A stretch of 46,561 nucleotides of DNA from Kiritimatiellia bacterium (GCA_017457625.1 JAFTHC010000132.1:1-46561), one strand, 5' to 3'. Positions 1-7,490 are shown, numbered from the stretch's first letter. The notes: generated by a model from the letters alone, not told the origin. Program-made: numbers and translations.

Positions 1-172
1 CTGCGCTCTCTGCGTGACAATCAACCGCTTGAGCGCAATGGCTCTGCGCTCTCTGCGCTCTCTGCGTGACAATCAACCGCTTGAGCGCAATGGCTCTGCG
101 CTCTCTGCGCTCTCTGCGTGACAATCAACCGCTTGAGCGCATGGTCTCCGCGAACTCCGCGGACTCCGCGTG
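1..172. repeat. Repeat block: 52-bp unit x ~2.7 built from CTCTGCG 9-mers, followed by three CTCCGCG 9-mers (146-172)
   Basis: TGCGTGACAATCAACCGCTTGAGCGCAATGG recurs starting at 11, 63 and 115. Positions 146-172 are the reverse complement of 46454-46480 (25 of 27 nt). Confidence 0.85.
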
Positions 173-207
173 AGAACAATCGGCCGGGAGAAAGAAAACT
201 CCGCGTG

Positions 208-236
208 TTGAAAACGCCGCTCAAACCGGGTAGACT
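208..236 (+). promoter_or_regulatory. sigma70-type promoter, leaderless configuration
   Basis: TTGAAA (208-213), 17-bp spacer, TAGACT (231-236). The ATG at 243 lies 6 nt after the -10. Confidence 0.6.
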
Positions 237-242
237 AGGGGC

Positions 243-1157
243 ATGAAAACGAAATCCTTTGTCTGCCTCCACGGCTTCGGCAAACATCCCGGCGGACGCC
301 GGCCCGGCTTCTCCGCGGCGCTGCGCCGCAACGTCGAGGCGCTCCTCGGCGCCCCCGTCCTCTGGAGGGAGGTCCTCTGGGACGGCCTCCTCGGCTCCCC
401 CGACTCGTTCGGGACGCTCGACCTCGCGCTCCAGACGCCCGCCCTCGTCCGCGACTTCTACGAGGGGCGCGCGGGCGACGCCGTCCGCGCCCGCGTCGCG
501 GAGGCGGTCCGCGCCGCCTCCGCCGAGGCCGGCGGCGCGCCGGTCGTCCTCGTCGGCCACTCCTTCGGCGCTGCCATCGCCTACGAGACGCTCGCGCGCG
601 GCCTCGCCCCCGAGGCGAAGTCCCTCGTGATGCTCGCCCCGCCGATGGGGCTCTTCAACCGCCCGGAGATGCTCGCCGCCCACGCGATTTTCGGGATGCC
701 CGAGCGCCGCGAGGCCGCCGCCGCCCGCGGACGTCTCGGCCCGGGCGCCGTCGAACGGATTTTCAACGCCTTCGCGGCGCCCATCCAGGCCGTTGCCGGC
801 CTGCCGGAAGTGAAGGGCGACCGCCTCCCCGACGACGTCTCCGCGCTCTCCCTCCGCAGCCCCGAGGACTGGTTCGCCGAGCCGCTCGGCGAGGCGTTCC
901 CCGACGTCTCGGAGCGCGAGGTCCTCCCGCCCCCCGGCACGCGCGGCGGCGCCAACCACAAGTTCTACTGGGCAGCCCCCGTCGTGGCGGAGTCCGTCGC
1001 CGCCGCCGCGGTCGCGGCCTGCTCGCACGCCGGCGAGCCGCCCGCCACGGCCGCGGAGCTCGAACTCCTCTCCCGCGCCGCGGAGGACTCCCTCTGGTCC
1101 GCCGGCCAGTACGAACTGGACGAGAACGGCGACGTCGTCGGAGGGTCCATCTCCTAG
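243..1157 (+). CDS. alpha/beta-fold hydrolase (esterase/lipase-like)
   Basis: 304-aa ORF. Nucleophile elbow GHSFG in VVLVGHSFGAAIAYETL, and N-terminal CLHGFG. Confidence 0.75.
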   Translation: MKTKSFVCLHGFGKHPGGRRPGFSAALRRNVEALLGAPVLWREVLWDGLLGSPDSFGTLDLALQTPALVRDFYEGRAGDAVRARVAEAVRAASAEAGGAPVVLVGHSFGAAIAYETLARGLAPEAKSLVMLAPPMGLFNRPEMLAAHAIFGMPERREAAAARGRLGPGAVERIFNAFAAPIQAVAGLPEVKGDRLPDDVSALSLRSPEDWFAEPLGEAFPDVSEREVLPPPGTRGGANHKFYWAAPVVAESVAAAAVAACSHAGEPPATAAELELLSRAAEDSLWSAGQYELDENGDVVGGSIS

Positions 1158-1167
1158 CTTCCCGACC

Positions 1168-1982
1168 ATGACGCGCGAATCCTTCGCCGACCTTCTCTTC
1201 TTCACCCGCGCCGCGGTCGAGGCCGATCCGGCGCTCGCCAACGCCCGCATCGACGTCCCGCTCGGCCGGGTTTCGGTCCAGGGCCGGCCGGACCGGCCCG
1301 ACGATCCGCCCCTCGCGATCGCCGGCCTCTACCGCGTGTGGGACGACCATGCCGTCCAGTCCCCCTGCCCGCGCGGCGGCGCGTCGCCGAGGCCGACGCC
1401 GCGCTCGCGCCGCTGCGCGGACACCCCGGCGTGCCGGGTCCGAAGGAGCGGTTCCGCCGCGGCGAACTCTCCCAGGCCGAATACCGCGGCATCCTCGAAC
1501 GCAAGCGGGCGCTTCTCGCGCCGGTGCGGCCCGAGGTCCTGGGCCGGGAGCTCGACGACGCGCTCGTCCGCGACGCGGAGGCCCGGCTCGGCCGGAGCCT
1601 GGAGCCCTTCGCCCGCGCCATCTTCCTCGCCGCGGTCGAAAGCGCCGCGGCGGACCCCGGCGGCGGCGCGGACACGCTCGCCGTCCTTGGCGCGGCCGTC
1701 GCGCCGGACGCCGGCCCGGGCGGCGCGCCCCTCGGCGCCACGCCGGAGGAGCGCTTCCGGAGTCTCCGGGACGAGCTCCGGCGGCGGGGCCGGCCGTTCG
1801 CCGACATCCGGACGTGGCGGGAGAGGCCGGGCGGCGGCGGGCTCGAGACGACCGCGCTGGCGGTCCGCAGCCTCTCCCTCGACGAAGCCCTCGCCCTTGC
1901 CGTGTCGTTCCGGCAGACGCAGTTCGTGTTCCGGACTCACCTCGCCTCCCTGGTCGTCCGCCTGAGCGGTTGCGCATCCTGA
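1168..1982 (+). CDS. hypothetical protein with apparently interrupted frame (-1 shift near 1340-1375); possible pseudogene or sequencing error
   Basis: The frame starting at 1168 gives a plausible N-terminus (MTRESFADLLFFTRAAVEADPALANARIDVPLGRV...VWDDHAVQS) and then turns into R/S/P-rich junk. The frame of ORF 1338..1982 is protein-like from ~1375 on (VAEADAALAPLRGH...EYRGILERKRALL...). A C5 run lies at 1361-1365. Confidence 0.45.
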
Positions 1983-2076
1983 CCGCGCGGAGCGAGATCG
2001 ATCCGCTCCCGGAACAGTTCGCCGCGCGGCGCGCCTCCGACCAACGCCCCGCCGCGGAGGACTTGCGAAGTGGGGG

Positions 2077-2105
2077 GTGAAAACAGCACCCCCGCCGGGT
2101 ATGCT
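2077..2105 (+). promoter_or_regulatory. sigma70-type promoter, leaderless configuration
   Basis: GTGAAA (2077-2082), 17 bp, TATGCT (2100-2105). The ATG at 2112 lies 6 nt after the -10. Confidence 0.55.
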
Positions 2106-2111
2106 AGGACC

Positions 2112-2396
2112 ATGGACACCAATCCCGCCGACACGATTCTCCATTTCATCGCGAAGATCACGGACGCCATCGAGTTCCCCGTCGGGGACGCGGAATTCGA
2201 CGCCGCCCTCGACGACTGCATCGCCGCCCTCGCGGGAGCCCCGTCCCCGGAAGAGGATCGCGCACACGCGGAACGGGCCCTCCGCGGCCTCCTGGGCCAG
2301 ACCGACCGGCTCGGTCTCCCCGTCCCGAAAGAGCTCCGCGACGAAATCCTGTGTGCGCTCGCGGCGGGCAAGCCGCACGCCGGATCCGCCTATTGA
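2112..2396 (+). CDS. small (94 aa) helical hypothetical protein, paralog A of 4458..4754
   Basis: In frame with ORF 2070..2396. The start was moved to the ATG at 2112 because 2070 lies upstream of the predicted promoter. About two-thirds of residues match 4458..4754 by eye (FPVGDAEFDAALDDCIAAL / FPVGNAEFDAVLDDCIAAL). Confidence 0.7.
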   Translation: MDTNPADTILHFIAKITDAIEFPVGDAEFDAALDDCIAALAGAPSPEEDRAHAERALRGLLGQTDRLGLPVPKELRDEILCALAAGKPHAGSAY

Positions 2397-2417
2397 TAAC
2401 TTTTTGTTAGATTTATG

Positions 2418-2446
2418 TTGACATTTTCATTTCTTCGTGGTATACT
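2418..2446 (+). promoter_or_regulatory. near-consensus sigma70 promoter in a local AT-rich patch
   Basis: TTGACA (2418-2423), 17 bp, TATACT (2441-2446). The surrounding 2397-2450 is strikingly AT-rich for this window. Confidence 0.7.
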
Positions 2447-2452
2447 TTAGCC

Positions 2453-2720
2453 GTCGCCCCGATGTCTCTTTCGAGCGGCAAGGCCAAACAACCAAACAAC
2501 AACCGCAACACCCACACATACGAACAAGGCGAAAGCATGCAGAGAGATCGGAAGTAATCGATCCGGCAACCGAGGTCTCATCCCCACGGTGCCCCTCCGG
2601 CCGAACGCCGGACATGCGTCCAGAAGTCCTTCGAGGAACAAACAACATGAGCAAGACATACGATACCGTCGCCTCGCGCGACGAAGAGGCCGTCCGCCGC
2701 CTCCGGGCGGCGGCGTAGGG
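2453..2720 (+). ncRNA. candidate promoter-driven CA-rich RNA / long leader carrying a 23-codon sORF (2647..2718, MSKTYDTVASRDEEAVRRLRAAA)
   Basis: Starts about 7 nt after the 2441-2446 -10. CAACAA-type tract at 2480-2530. Small hairpins GATCG..CGATC and TCCGGC..GCCGGA. GAGGAA lies 8 nt before the ATG at 2647. GC hairpin CCGCCGCC-TCCG-GGCGGCGG at the 3' end. Confidence 0.3.
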
Positions 2721-2727
2721 CGCGGGG

Positions 2728-2756
2728 GTGAAAACGCGGGGCGACCCGGGTAGAAT
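2728..2756 (+). promoter_or_regulatory. sigma70-type promoter for the DUF2828-like gene (leader ~140 nt)
   Basis: GTGAAA (2728-2733), 17 bp, TAGAAT (2751-2756). Confidence 0.55.
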
Positions 2757-2785
2757 GGAACCGTAGCGATTCAAGCGGGTATCGC

Positions 2786-2826
2786 GATCGGGGAGGCCGA
2801 ACGCCGCTCGGCCTTTCACCCCCGAT
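2786..2826 (+). promoter_or_regulatory. nested GC hairpin in the 5' leader of 2905..4461
   Basis: GATCGGGG-AGGCCGA-loop ACGCCGC-TCGGCCT-TTCA-CCCCGATC. There are 15 complementary pairs and no T-tract follows. Confidence 0.45.
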
Positions 2827-2904
2827 CCCGAAAGAAGGGTTCTTCCAGCAATCCAAACTGCACGAAGCGGCTCACCGAACCCTGCCCGCCCCTCTTCAAA
2901 ACCA

Positions 2905-4461
2905 ATGGAACCCATCCACGAAAACGTAACCGTCCGCGACGACGGCCTCGTCGAAACCGAAAACGGCGCCTTGGCCTTCGCCTCGCACCCGTCCCCCTTC
3001 GCGGACTTCTTCTTCAAGGTGTCGTCCATGCGCCAATGGGACGCCGACGCGAAGCGCGCGGCGTTCCGCAAGTGCCTCGACGCGAACCGGGAGATGGCCC
3101 TCCGCCTCCTCTTCTTCGTCCGCGACATCCGCGGCGGGCTCGGCGAGCGCGGGCTCTTCCGCGACGTCTTCGCCGGCTTGCCGGACGGCGTCGCCGCCGC
3201 GCTCCTCCCCCTCGTCCCCGAATTCGGCCGGTGGGACGACGTTTGGGCCGTCCTCGGCGACGGCGTCGCGGACGCCGCCGCGCGCCCGGTGCTCCGAGAT
3301 GCGGTCTTCGCCATTCTCCGGCGCCGGTGGGAGGAAGACCTCCGCGCCCTCGCCGACCCCGACGGAAGGCCGTCCCTCCTCGCGAAATGGCTCCCGTCGG
3401 TCCGCGGGGTCTCGGCGAAGCAGGAGTCCCTCGCGAAGGAACTCGCGTTCTCGTGCTTCCGCCTCCGCCCCGCGGACTATCGCCGGAAGCTTTCGGCGCT
3501 CCGCGCCCGCCTCCGCGTGACGGAGCGCGCGATGTGCGCCGGCGAGTGGGGCGCCGTCGACTACGGCGCCGTTCCGTCCAAGGCGGCCCTCCGCTACCGC
3601 GCCGCGTTCTCCGCCCACGACCCGGAGCGTTACAAGGCGTATCTCGCCGGCCTCGCGAAGGGAACCTCCAAGGCCAACGCCGACGCCCTCTTCCCCTACG
3701 AAATCGTCGCCGCCTACCTTGACGGCTACGAGCCGAAGGCGGCCGAGGATCCCCTCCTCGAGGCGCAGTGGAGGGCGCTCCCGCTCCCGAAGGGAATCCT
3801 CGGCAACGCCATCGTCGTCCGCGACGGCTCGGGCTCCATGACGACGCCGGTCTCCGGTGGCCGGGCCACGGCGCTCGACGTCGCCACGTCCTTGGCGATC
3901 CTCGCGTCGGAGCACCTCGAGGGCCCCTTCGCGAACCGCTTCATCTCCTTCTCGCAGCTCCCGCGCCTCGTCGACCTCTCCGGTTGCTCCACCCTCCGCG
4001 AGAAACTCGTCCGCACCTACGGGGAAGACGAAACCGCCAACACGGACGTCCAGCGAACCATGCGCCTCGTCCTCGACGCCGTTTCGGAAAACGGGATCCC
4101 GCAGGAGGAAATCCCCGCCGTCGTCATCGTCTCCGACATGGAATTCGACGAGGCCCGCGGAGCCGGATGGTCTTGGCGGACGGATGCGCCGACGCAGGAG
4201 GTCCTCTTCGAGACCATCCGCCGGGAATGGAAGGAGCGGGGCTACGACCTCCCGACGATGGTCTTCTGGAACGTCGCGTCCCGCACCGGCGCCGTCCCGC
4301 TGCAGGAAAACGGAAACGGACTCGTCCTCGCGAGCGGCTTCTCGCAAAACATCCTGGACATGCTGTCCGGGGTCGACCCGGAGGACACCCTCCGCCGCAA
4401 ACTCGCCGCCCCGCGCTACGACCGCGTCGCGGCGGTTTTCCGAGGCGACTCCGCGCAATGA
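2905..4461 (+). CDS. DUF2828 / UCP015417-like protein: helical N-domain plus C-terminal vWA domain with MIDAS motif
   Basis: 518-aa ORF. LFFVRDIRGGLGERGLF signature, and DGSGSM (DxSxS MIDAS) in AIVVRDGSGSMTTPV. The helical + vWA architecture resembles Ro60/TROVE proteins (inference). Confidence 0.65.
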   Translation: MEPIHENVTVRDDGLVETENGALAFASHPSPFADFFFKVSSMRQWDADAKRAAFRKCLDANREMALRLLFFVRDIRGGLGERGLFRDVFAGLPDGVAAALLPLVPEFGRWDDVWAVLGDGVADAAARPVLRDAVFAILRRRWEEDLRALADPDGRPSLLAKWLPSVRGVSAKQESLAKELAFSCFRLRPADYRRKLSALRARLRVTERAMCAGEWGAVDYGAVPSKAALRYRAAFSAHDPERYKAYLAGLAKGTSKANADALFPYEIVAAYLDGYEPKAAEDPLLEAQWRALPLPKGILGNAIVVRDGSGSMTTPVSGGRATALDVATSLAILASEHLEGPFANRFISFSQLPRLVDLSGCSTLREKLVRTYGEDETANTDVQRTMRLVLDAVSENGIPQEEIPAVVIVSDMEFDEARGAGWSWRTDAPTQEVLFETIRREWKERGYDLPTMVFWNVASRTGAVPLQENGNGLVLASGFSQNILDMLSGVDPEDTLRRKLAAPRYDRVAAVFRGDSAQ

Positions 4462-4754
4462 AAGACTGCACCTCCGCCGACACTCTACTCCGTCTCGTCG
4501 CGAAGATATCCTCCGCCATTTCGTTTCCCGTCGGGAACGCGGAGTTCGACGCGGTCCTCGACGACTGCATTGCCGCCCTCGAAAGAACTCCGTCCCCCGC
4601 AGAGGATCGGGCTCGCGCGGAACGGGCCCTCCGCGCCCTCCTGGACCAGACCGACAAACTCGGACTCGCCGTTCCGGAAAATCTCCGGAACGAAAGCCTG
4701 TGCGTGCTTGCGGCGGCGGCCAGATCGGCCGTCGCGAGCACGCTCGGCGCTTGA
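4458..4754 (+). CDS. small (98 aa) helical hypothetical protein, paralog B of 2112..2396
   Basis: The ATG at 4458 overlaps the upstream TGA (ATGA, 4458-4461), suggesting translational coupling. It is the in-frame tail of ORF 3768..4754. Confidence 0.65.
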   Translation: MKDCTSADTLLRLVAKISSAISFPVGNAEFDAVLDDCIAALERTPSPAEDRARAERALRALLDQTDKLGLAVPENLRNESLCVLAAAARSAVASTLGA

Positions 4755-4765
4755 CGCTTCCCCGA

Positions 4766-5003
4766 GCGGTTCGTCGATTTCGTCGACCGGCCGCGGTGCG
4801 GGGAAGCCGCCTCCCAGGTGTCGGCCGCGACGAAATCGACAAAATCGACGAGGTCGACGAACCTTCGCCGCAAGTCGCACGGGTCGCCTTCGGACTTCCG
4901 TGCGCGGGGCGGCGGCCCCGATTCCGGGCGCACGGGTCGTCTTCGGCCTTCGGTGCGCGGTTCGTCGATTTCGTCGGCATCGTCGATTTCGTCGACCGGC
5001 CGG
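4766..5003. repeat. Composite intergenic repeat: TCGATTT/CGTCGAC short tandem motifs forming a ~100-nt imperfect hairpin (4766-4862), two ~31-nt hairpin units, and a second arm copy (4957-5003)
   Basis: GGTTCGTCGA (4767-4776) pairs with TCGACGAACC (4853-4862). CGCACGGGTCG(C/T)CTTCGG..CGTGCGCGG occurs twice. GCGGGGAAGCCGCC is shared with 8157-8170. Confidence 0.75.
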
Positions 5004-5004
5004 T

Positions 5005-5033
5005 GTTGAAAACGCCGCACCCGGCCGGTAGAC
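5005..5033 (+). promoter_or_regulatory. sigma70-type promoter (leader ~155 nt to 5195)
   Basis: TTGAAA (5005-5010), 17 bp, TAGACT (5028-5033). The flanks (AACGCCGC ... CCGG) match the promoter at 208-236. Confidence 0.55.
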
Positions 5034-5194
5034 TTCCATCAACGGCGCGCGTCCCGTCCGGCATTGGAGCCGACGCTCGCCGGGGGCGGCGGGGGTTATG
5101 CGCTCTAGGCCGGTCCGAATGCCCGGATAACGGTCTGCCACTGTCCTCCCGCCGCCCCGCCTTTCTTTTCCCTCCCTGACCCGATCGAACCGCC

Positions 5195-5602
5195 ATGCTC
5201 AACTTGTCCACATACCCGTACCATTTCAAGGAAACGCCGCTTTCCGAAAGGGAAGTCGAAGTCTTGGTGGAACTCGTCGCGAGGAACGACCAAGAACGAA
5301 TGCGATACTATGTCATCGGGACAATGCATTCCGCCGGATACGATTTGCTGGACTTCCGAAAGAAGCCGTTCGGAGACCTGGTTTTCAAGTTCCGCAAGAA
5401 CCGGAACGTGGATTGGTTCAAGTATTGGGAGTTGAGGGACCGGTGGTATCGCAACCAGGCAAAGGCGGCTGTCGAACACGACCCGCACATGTCTTTCGAG
5501 AGGGCTCTTTCCATGCTCCAACATCCATACTACGGAACGGAGCCTCCGGCGGAACTGCTGCTGTCTTGCACGACGAAAATCGACCCGTCCGCGAAAGACT
5601 GA
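5195..5602 (+). CDS. hypothetical protein (135 aa), start of the lower-GC block
   Basis: ORF track entry. Balanced, non-Arg/Pro-biased composition (W/Y/K/F rich). No motif recognised. Confidence 0.65.
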   Translation: MLNLSTYPYHFKETPLSEREVEVLVELVARNDQERMRYYVIGTMHSAGYDLLDFRKKPFGDLVFKFRKNRNVDWFKYWELRDRWYRNQAKAAVEHDPHMSFERALSMLQHPYYGTEPPAELLLSCTTKIDPSAKD

Positions 5603-5656
5603 CACGCAGAGATCGCAGAGCCATGCGCCGGAACATTTCACGCGGAGTCCGCGGAG
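5603..5656 (+). repeat. Dispersed 9-mer repeat element (CACGCAGAGATCGCAGAG ... CACGCGGAGTCCGCGGAG) followed by a T-tract
   Basis: 5603-5620 and 5639-5656 match the units at 29239-29402, 146-172 (reverse complement) and 46454-46480. ATTTTTGTTTTT follows, so it may act as a terminator. Confidence 0.7.
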
Positions 5657-5789
5657 ATTTTTGTTTTTGGGGTGGCTGCGGCGCCTTGTCTACCGCCATC
5701 CTCCCCGAGAGCGAAGCCGCAATGTGGCCATGTGAAACATTCCTCTACGAGGGAATTTTCGATGAAACAGGAATCATGCGAAAAATCCT

Positions 5790-5818
5790 CTGACATTTTC
5801 CGGGCGAGCCGATATACT
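5790..5818 (+). promoter_or_regulatory. sigma70 promoter, TTGACATTTTC class
   Basis: CTGACA (5790-5795), 17 bp, TATACT (5813-5818). The upstream GAATCATGCGAAA box is shared with 6759-6772. Confidence 0.6.
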
Positions 5819-5840
5819 ATCCTTGGAAAGGAACCGCAAA

Positions 5841-6089
5841 ATGACACCAGAAGAACTCAAAAAAGAACCCAACCGCATCCACAATACCGATTGGGATAGA
5901 AATACGTCCAAAGGGGCAAGCATTATGTGGGATGATTCCGGTTGTGCCTTTGGAACTAATCATTTTTGGTCAGAACAGGCAAAAAAGCGTTGTGAAGAGG
6001 CAATCAAAGACGAAGCGGAAAGGGTAGAAAAGGATATGGCTTATCCGCAGCGGAAACCGCCGATGTTCCGGACGTCGAAACGACGTTGA
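5841..6089 (+). CDS. hypothetical protein (82 aa)
   Basis: The ATG at 5841 is preceded by GGAAAGGAA (Shine-Dalgarno-like). The ATG at 5823 from the ORF track lies at or upstream of the predicted transcription start site (TSS). Confidence 0.55.
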   Translation: MTPEELKKEPNRIHNTDWDRNTSKGASIMWDDSGCAFGTNHFWSEQAKKRCEEAIKDEAERVEKDMAYPQRKPPMFRTSKRR

Positions 6090-6102
6090 ACTGAATCACT
6101 CC
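6070..6102 (+). repeat. 33-nt gene-junction element, copy 1 (GGACGTCGAAACGACGTTGAACTGAATCACTCC)
   Basis: Identical 33-mer at 7458-7490. It contains the hairpin ACGTCG-AAA-CGACGT and supplies the stop codons of two unrelated genes in different frames. Confidence 0.85.
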
Positions 6103-6120
6103 CTTTCAAGACAAACGCCC

Positions 6121-6672
6121 ATGAACGAAACCGAATCCACGACCGCCCCGGCGGACTCCTTTTTCCTCAACCCCTGCACGGATCCCGTCTCCATCCAATA
6201 CTTCCAATCCATTCCGGATGGACACAAGTTTCTGCCGGAAATGAGGTTGTTGCATGCGTTGTTCTACGATTTCGACTCCAACAGCGAGCTCACGGTCCGC
6301 GCCGGGAAGGCCATGACGACGCCCGGCGCCGCCGAAAACGGGACGTTCCCGCGGGAGAACCTGGACGGGAACGACTGGAGCGTGATGCTCCAGGCGGACG
6401 ACCGGTTCGCCCGGTGGTGCGAGTGGGACAGGCTCCGGCCCTCGGACTGGGTCTCGCTGCTGGGGAAAAAGCCGCACTTCGCCGACCGGCTGCCGGAATC
6501 CGTCGAAACCCGGTTTGACGGTTCCGACTGGGCCTTGATTCTGGCGAACAGTCCAGAATTGCAGTCCCGCTGCGACTGGTCGAAACTACAGGACTTCGAC
6601 TGGAATTTCCTCCTGGAAGAACAGCCGCAGTTCGCGGACCGACGGCCCGCGAAGCCGCCGAAAGCCGGGTGA
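6121..6672 (+). CDS. hypothetical repeat protein (183 aa) with ~23-aa DW-x2-LL..P....C-W repeats
   Basis: SDWVSLLGKKPHFADR, FDWNFLLEEQPQFADR, NDWSVMLQADDRFARWCEW and SDWALILANSPELQSRCDW. Confidence 0.6.
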   Translation: MNETESTTAPADSFFLNPCTDPVSIQYFQSIPDGHKFLPEMRLLHALFYDFDSNSELTVRAGKAMTTPGAAENGTFPRENLDGNDWSVMLQADDRFARWCEWDRLRPSDWVSLLGKKPHFADRLPESVETRFDGSDWALILANSPELQSRCDWSKLQDFDWNFLLEEQPQFADRRPAKPPKAG

Positions 6673-6777
6673 AAACGCCGCGCGCGCCGGGTGGACCGTG
6701 GACGGTGAAAGACACCTCCTCCGACACGCCTTGACGAGGGCCTTTTCGAGAAAATCAAGAATCATGCGAAATTCCGT

Positions 6778-6806
6778 TGGCATTTTAGATCCGAACCGAT
6801 ATACTA
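6778..6806 (+). promoter_or_regulatory. sigma70 promoter, TTGACATTTTC class
   Basis: TTGGCA (6778-6783), 17 bp, TATACT (6801-6806). Confidence 0.55.
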
Positions 6807-6828
6807 TGTCAAGAAGGGAAACCGACAG

Positions 6829-6876
6829 ATGACAGACGAGCAATTCAAGAAACTCAATGAACTCGCCTTCCGTTGA
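6829..6876 (+). pseudogene. 15-codon truncated duplicate of the MTxEQFxKLNELA N-terminus (MTDEQFKKLNELAFR)
   Basis: Highly similar by eye at the nucleotide level to the first 39 nt of 7510..7797. Its stop codon lies inside the -35 TTGACA of the next promoter (6873-6878). Confidence 0.4.
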
Positions 6877-6901
6877 CATTTTCAAGTCCCGTTGATATAC
6901 C
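6873..6901 (+). promoter_or_regulatory. sigma70 promoter, TTGACATTTTC class
   Basis: TTGACA (6873-6878), 17 bp, TATACC (6896-6901). GGAAAG lies upstream of the ATG at 6928. Confidence 0.55.
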
Positions 6902-6927
6902 TATGCTTGGAAAGAAACTAAACAACG

Positions 6928-7482
6928 ATGACTACCGAGCGCTACAACGAACTGATGGACCTCGCGGAAACCGCTGATGCCGACAACTCTCTTCGTCAAC
7001 AAAGCAAGGAAAAACCATCCATGTCCCACGATATTCCCCCTCTTGCGTCCATCGACAACGGGAAAGACCTCGCCGAAGCCATGAAGCGGTTCCGGGTGGA
7101 GGCAAAGGAAAAAGCGGATGTCGGCATCCGGAAGTTCACGCCCAACCACCGCGTCTGGGATGTTTCCCTCTACATGGATGGCGAACTCGTCTACCGCACC
7201 GACTTCCAGTCCTGCGACGAGCCGAAGGGAGGGGATGTCTGGCAATGCATCGCCCAAGACGCGATGGCCTACGTGGAGAACCCCGACCTTGCCGACTTCC
7301 TCGAAGGCTTCGGCTTTCTCGACAACGCCGACACCATCCGCGAAGGAATCGCCGCCTACGAGGGTTGCAAGCGCACCTTGGCGGCTTTCCGGGACAAGGG
7401 AGTCGACACCCGCGCCCTTGCCGGACTTTTGAATCGCGCCGAGGCGGCGGAGGTCCTGGACGTCGAAACGACGTTGAACTGA
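6928..7482 (+). CDS. hypothetical protein (184 aa), MTTERYNELMDLA N-terminus
   Basis: ORF track entry with balanced composition. The N-terminal motif is shared with 7510..7797 and 6829..6876. Confidence 0.65.
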   Translation: MTTERYNELMDLAETADADNSLRQQSKEKPSMSHDIPPLASIDNGKDLAEAMKRFRVEAKEKADVGIRKFTPNHRVWDVSLYMDGELVYRTDFQSCDEPKGGDVWQCIAQDAMAYVENPDLADFLEGFGFLDNADTIREGIAAYEGCKRTLAAFRDKGVDTRALAGLLNRAEAAEVLDVETTLN

Positions 7483-7490
7483 ATCACTCC
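7458..7490 (+). repeat. 33-nt gene-junction element, copy 2
   Basis: Identical to 6070-6102. Confidence 0.85.

Noticed and set aside
2437-2646. GTG-initiated 93-aa ORF 2437..2718.
   Set aside because: Its start lies inside the promoter spacer, upstream of the predicted TSS, and the translation is low-complexity (QQPQHPHIRTRRK). Only the terminal 23-codon ATG sORF is kept, and only as a possibility.
6070-7490. Reading the 33-nt junction elements as integron attC sites.
   Set aside because: No integron integrase or attI is present in the window. The element is much shorter than attC sites and lacks their R''/L''-L'/R' organisation. Each cassette has its own promoter, unlike integron cassettes.
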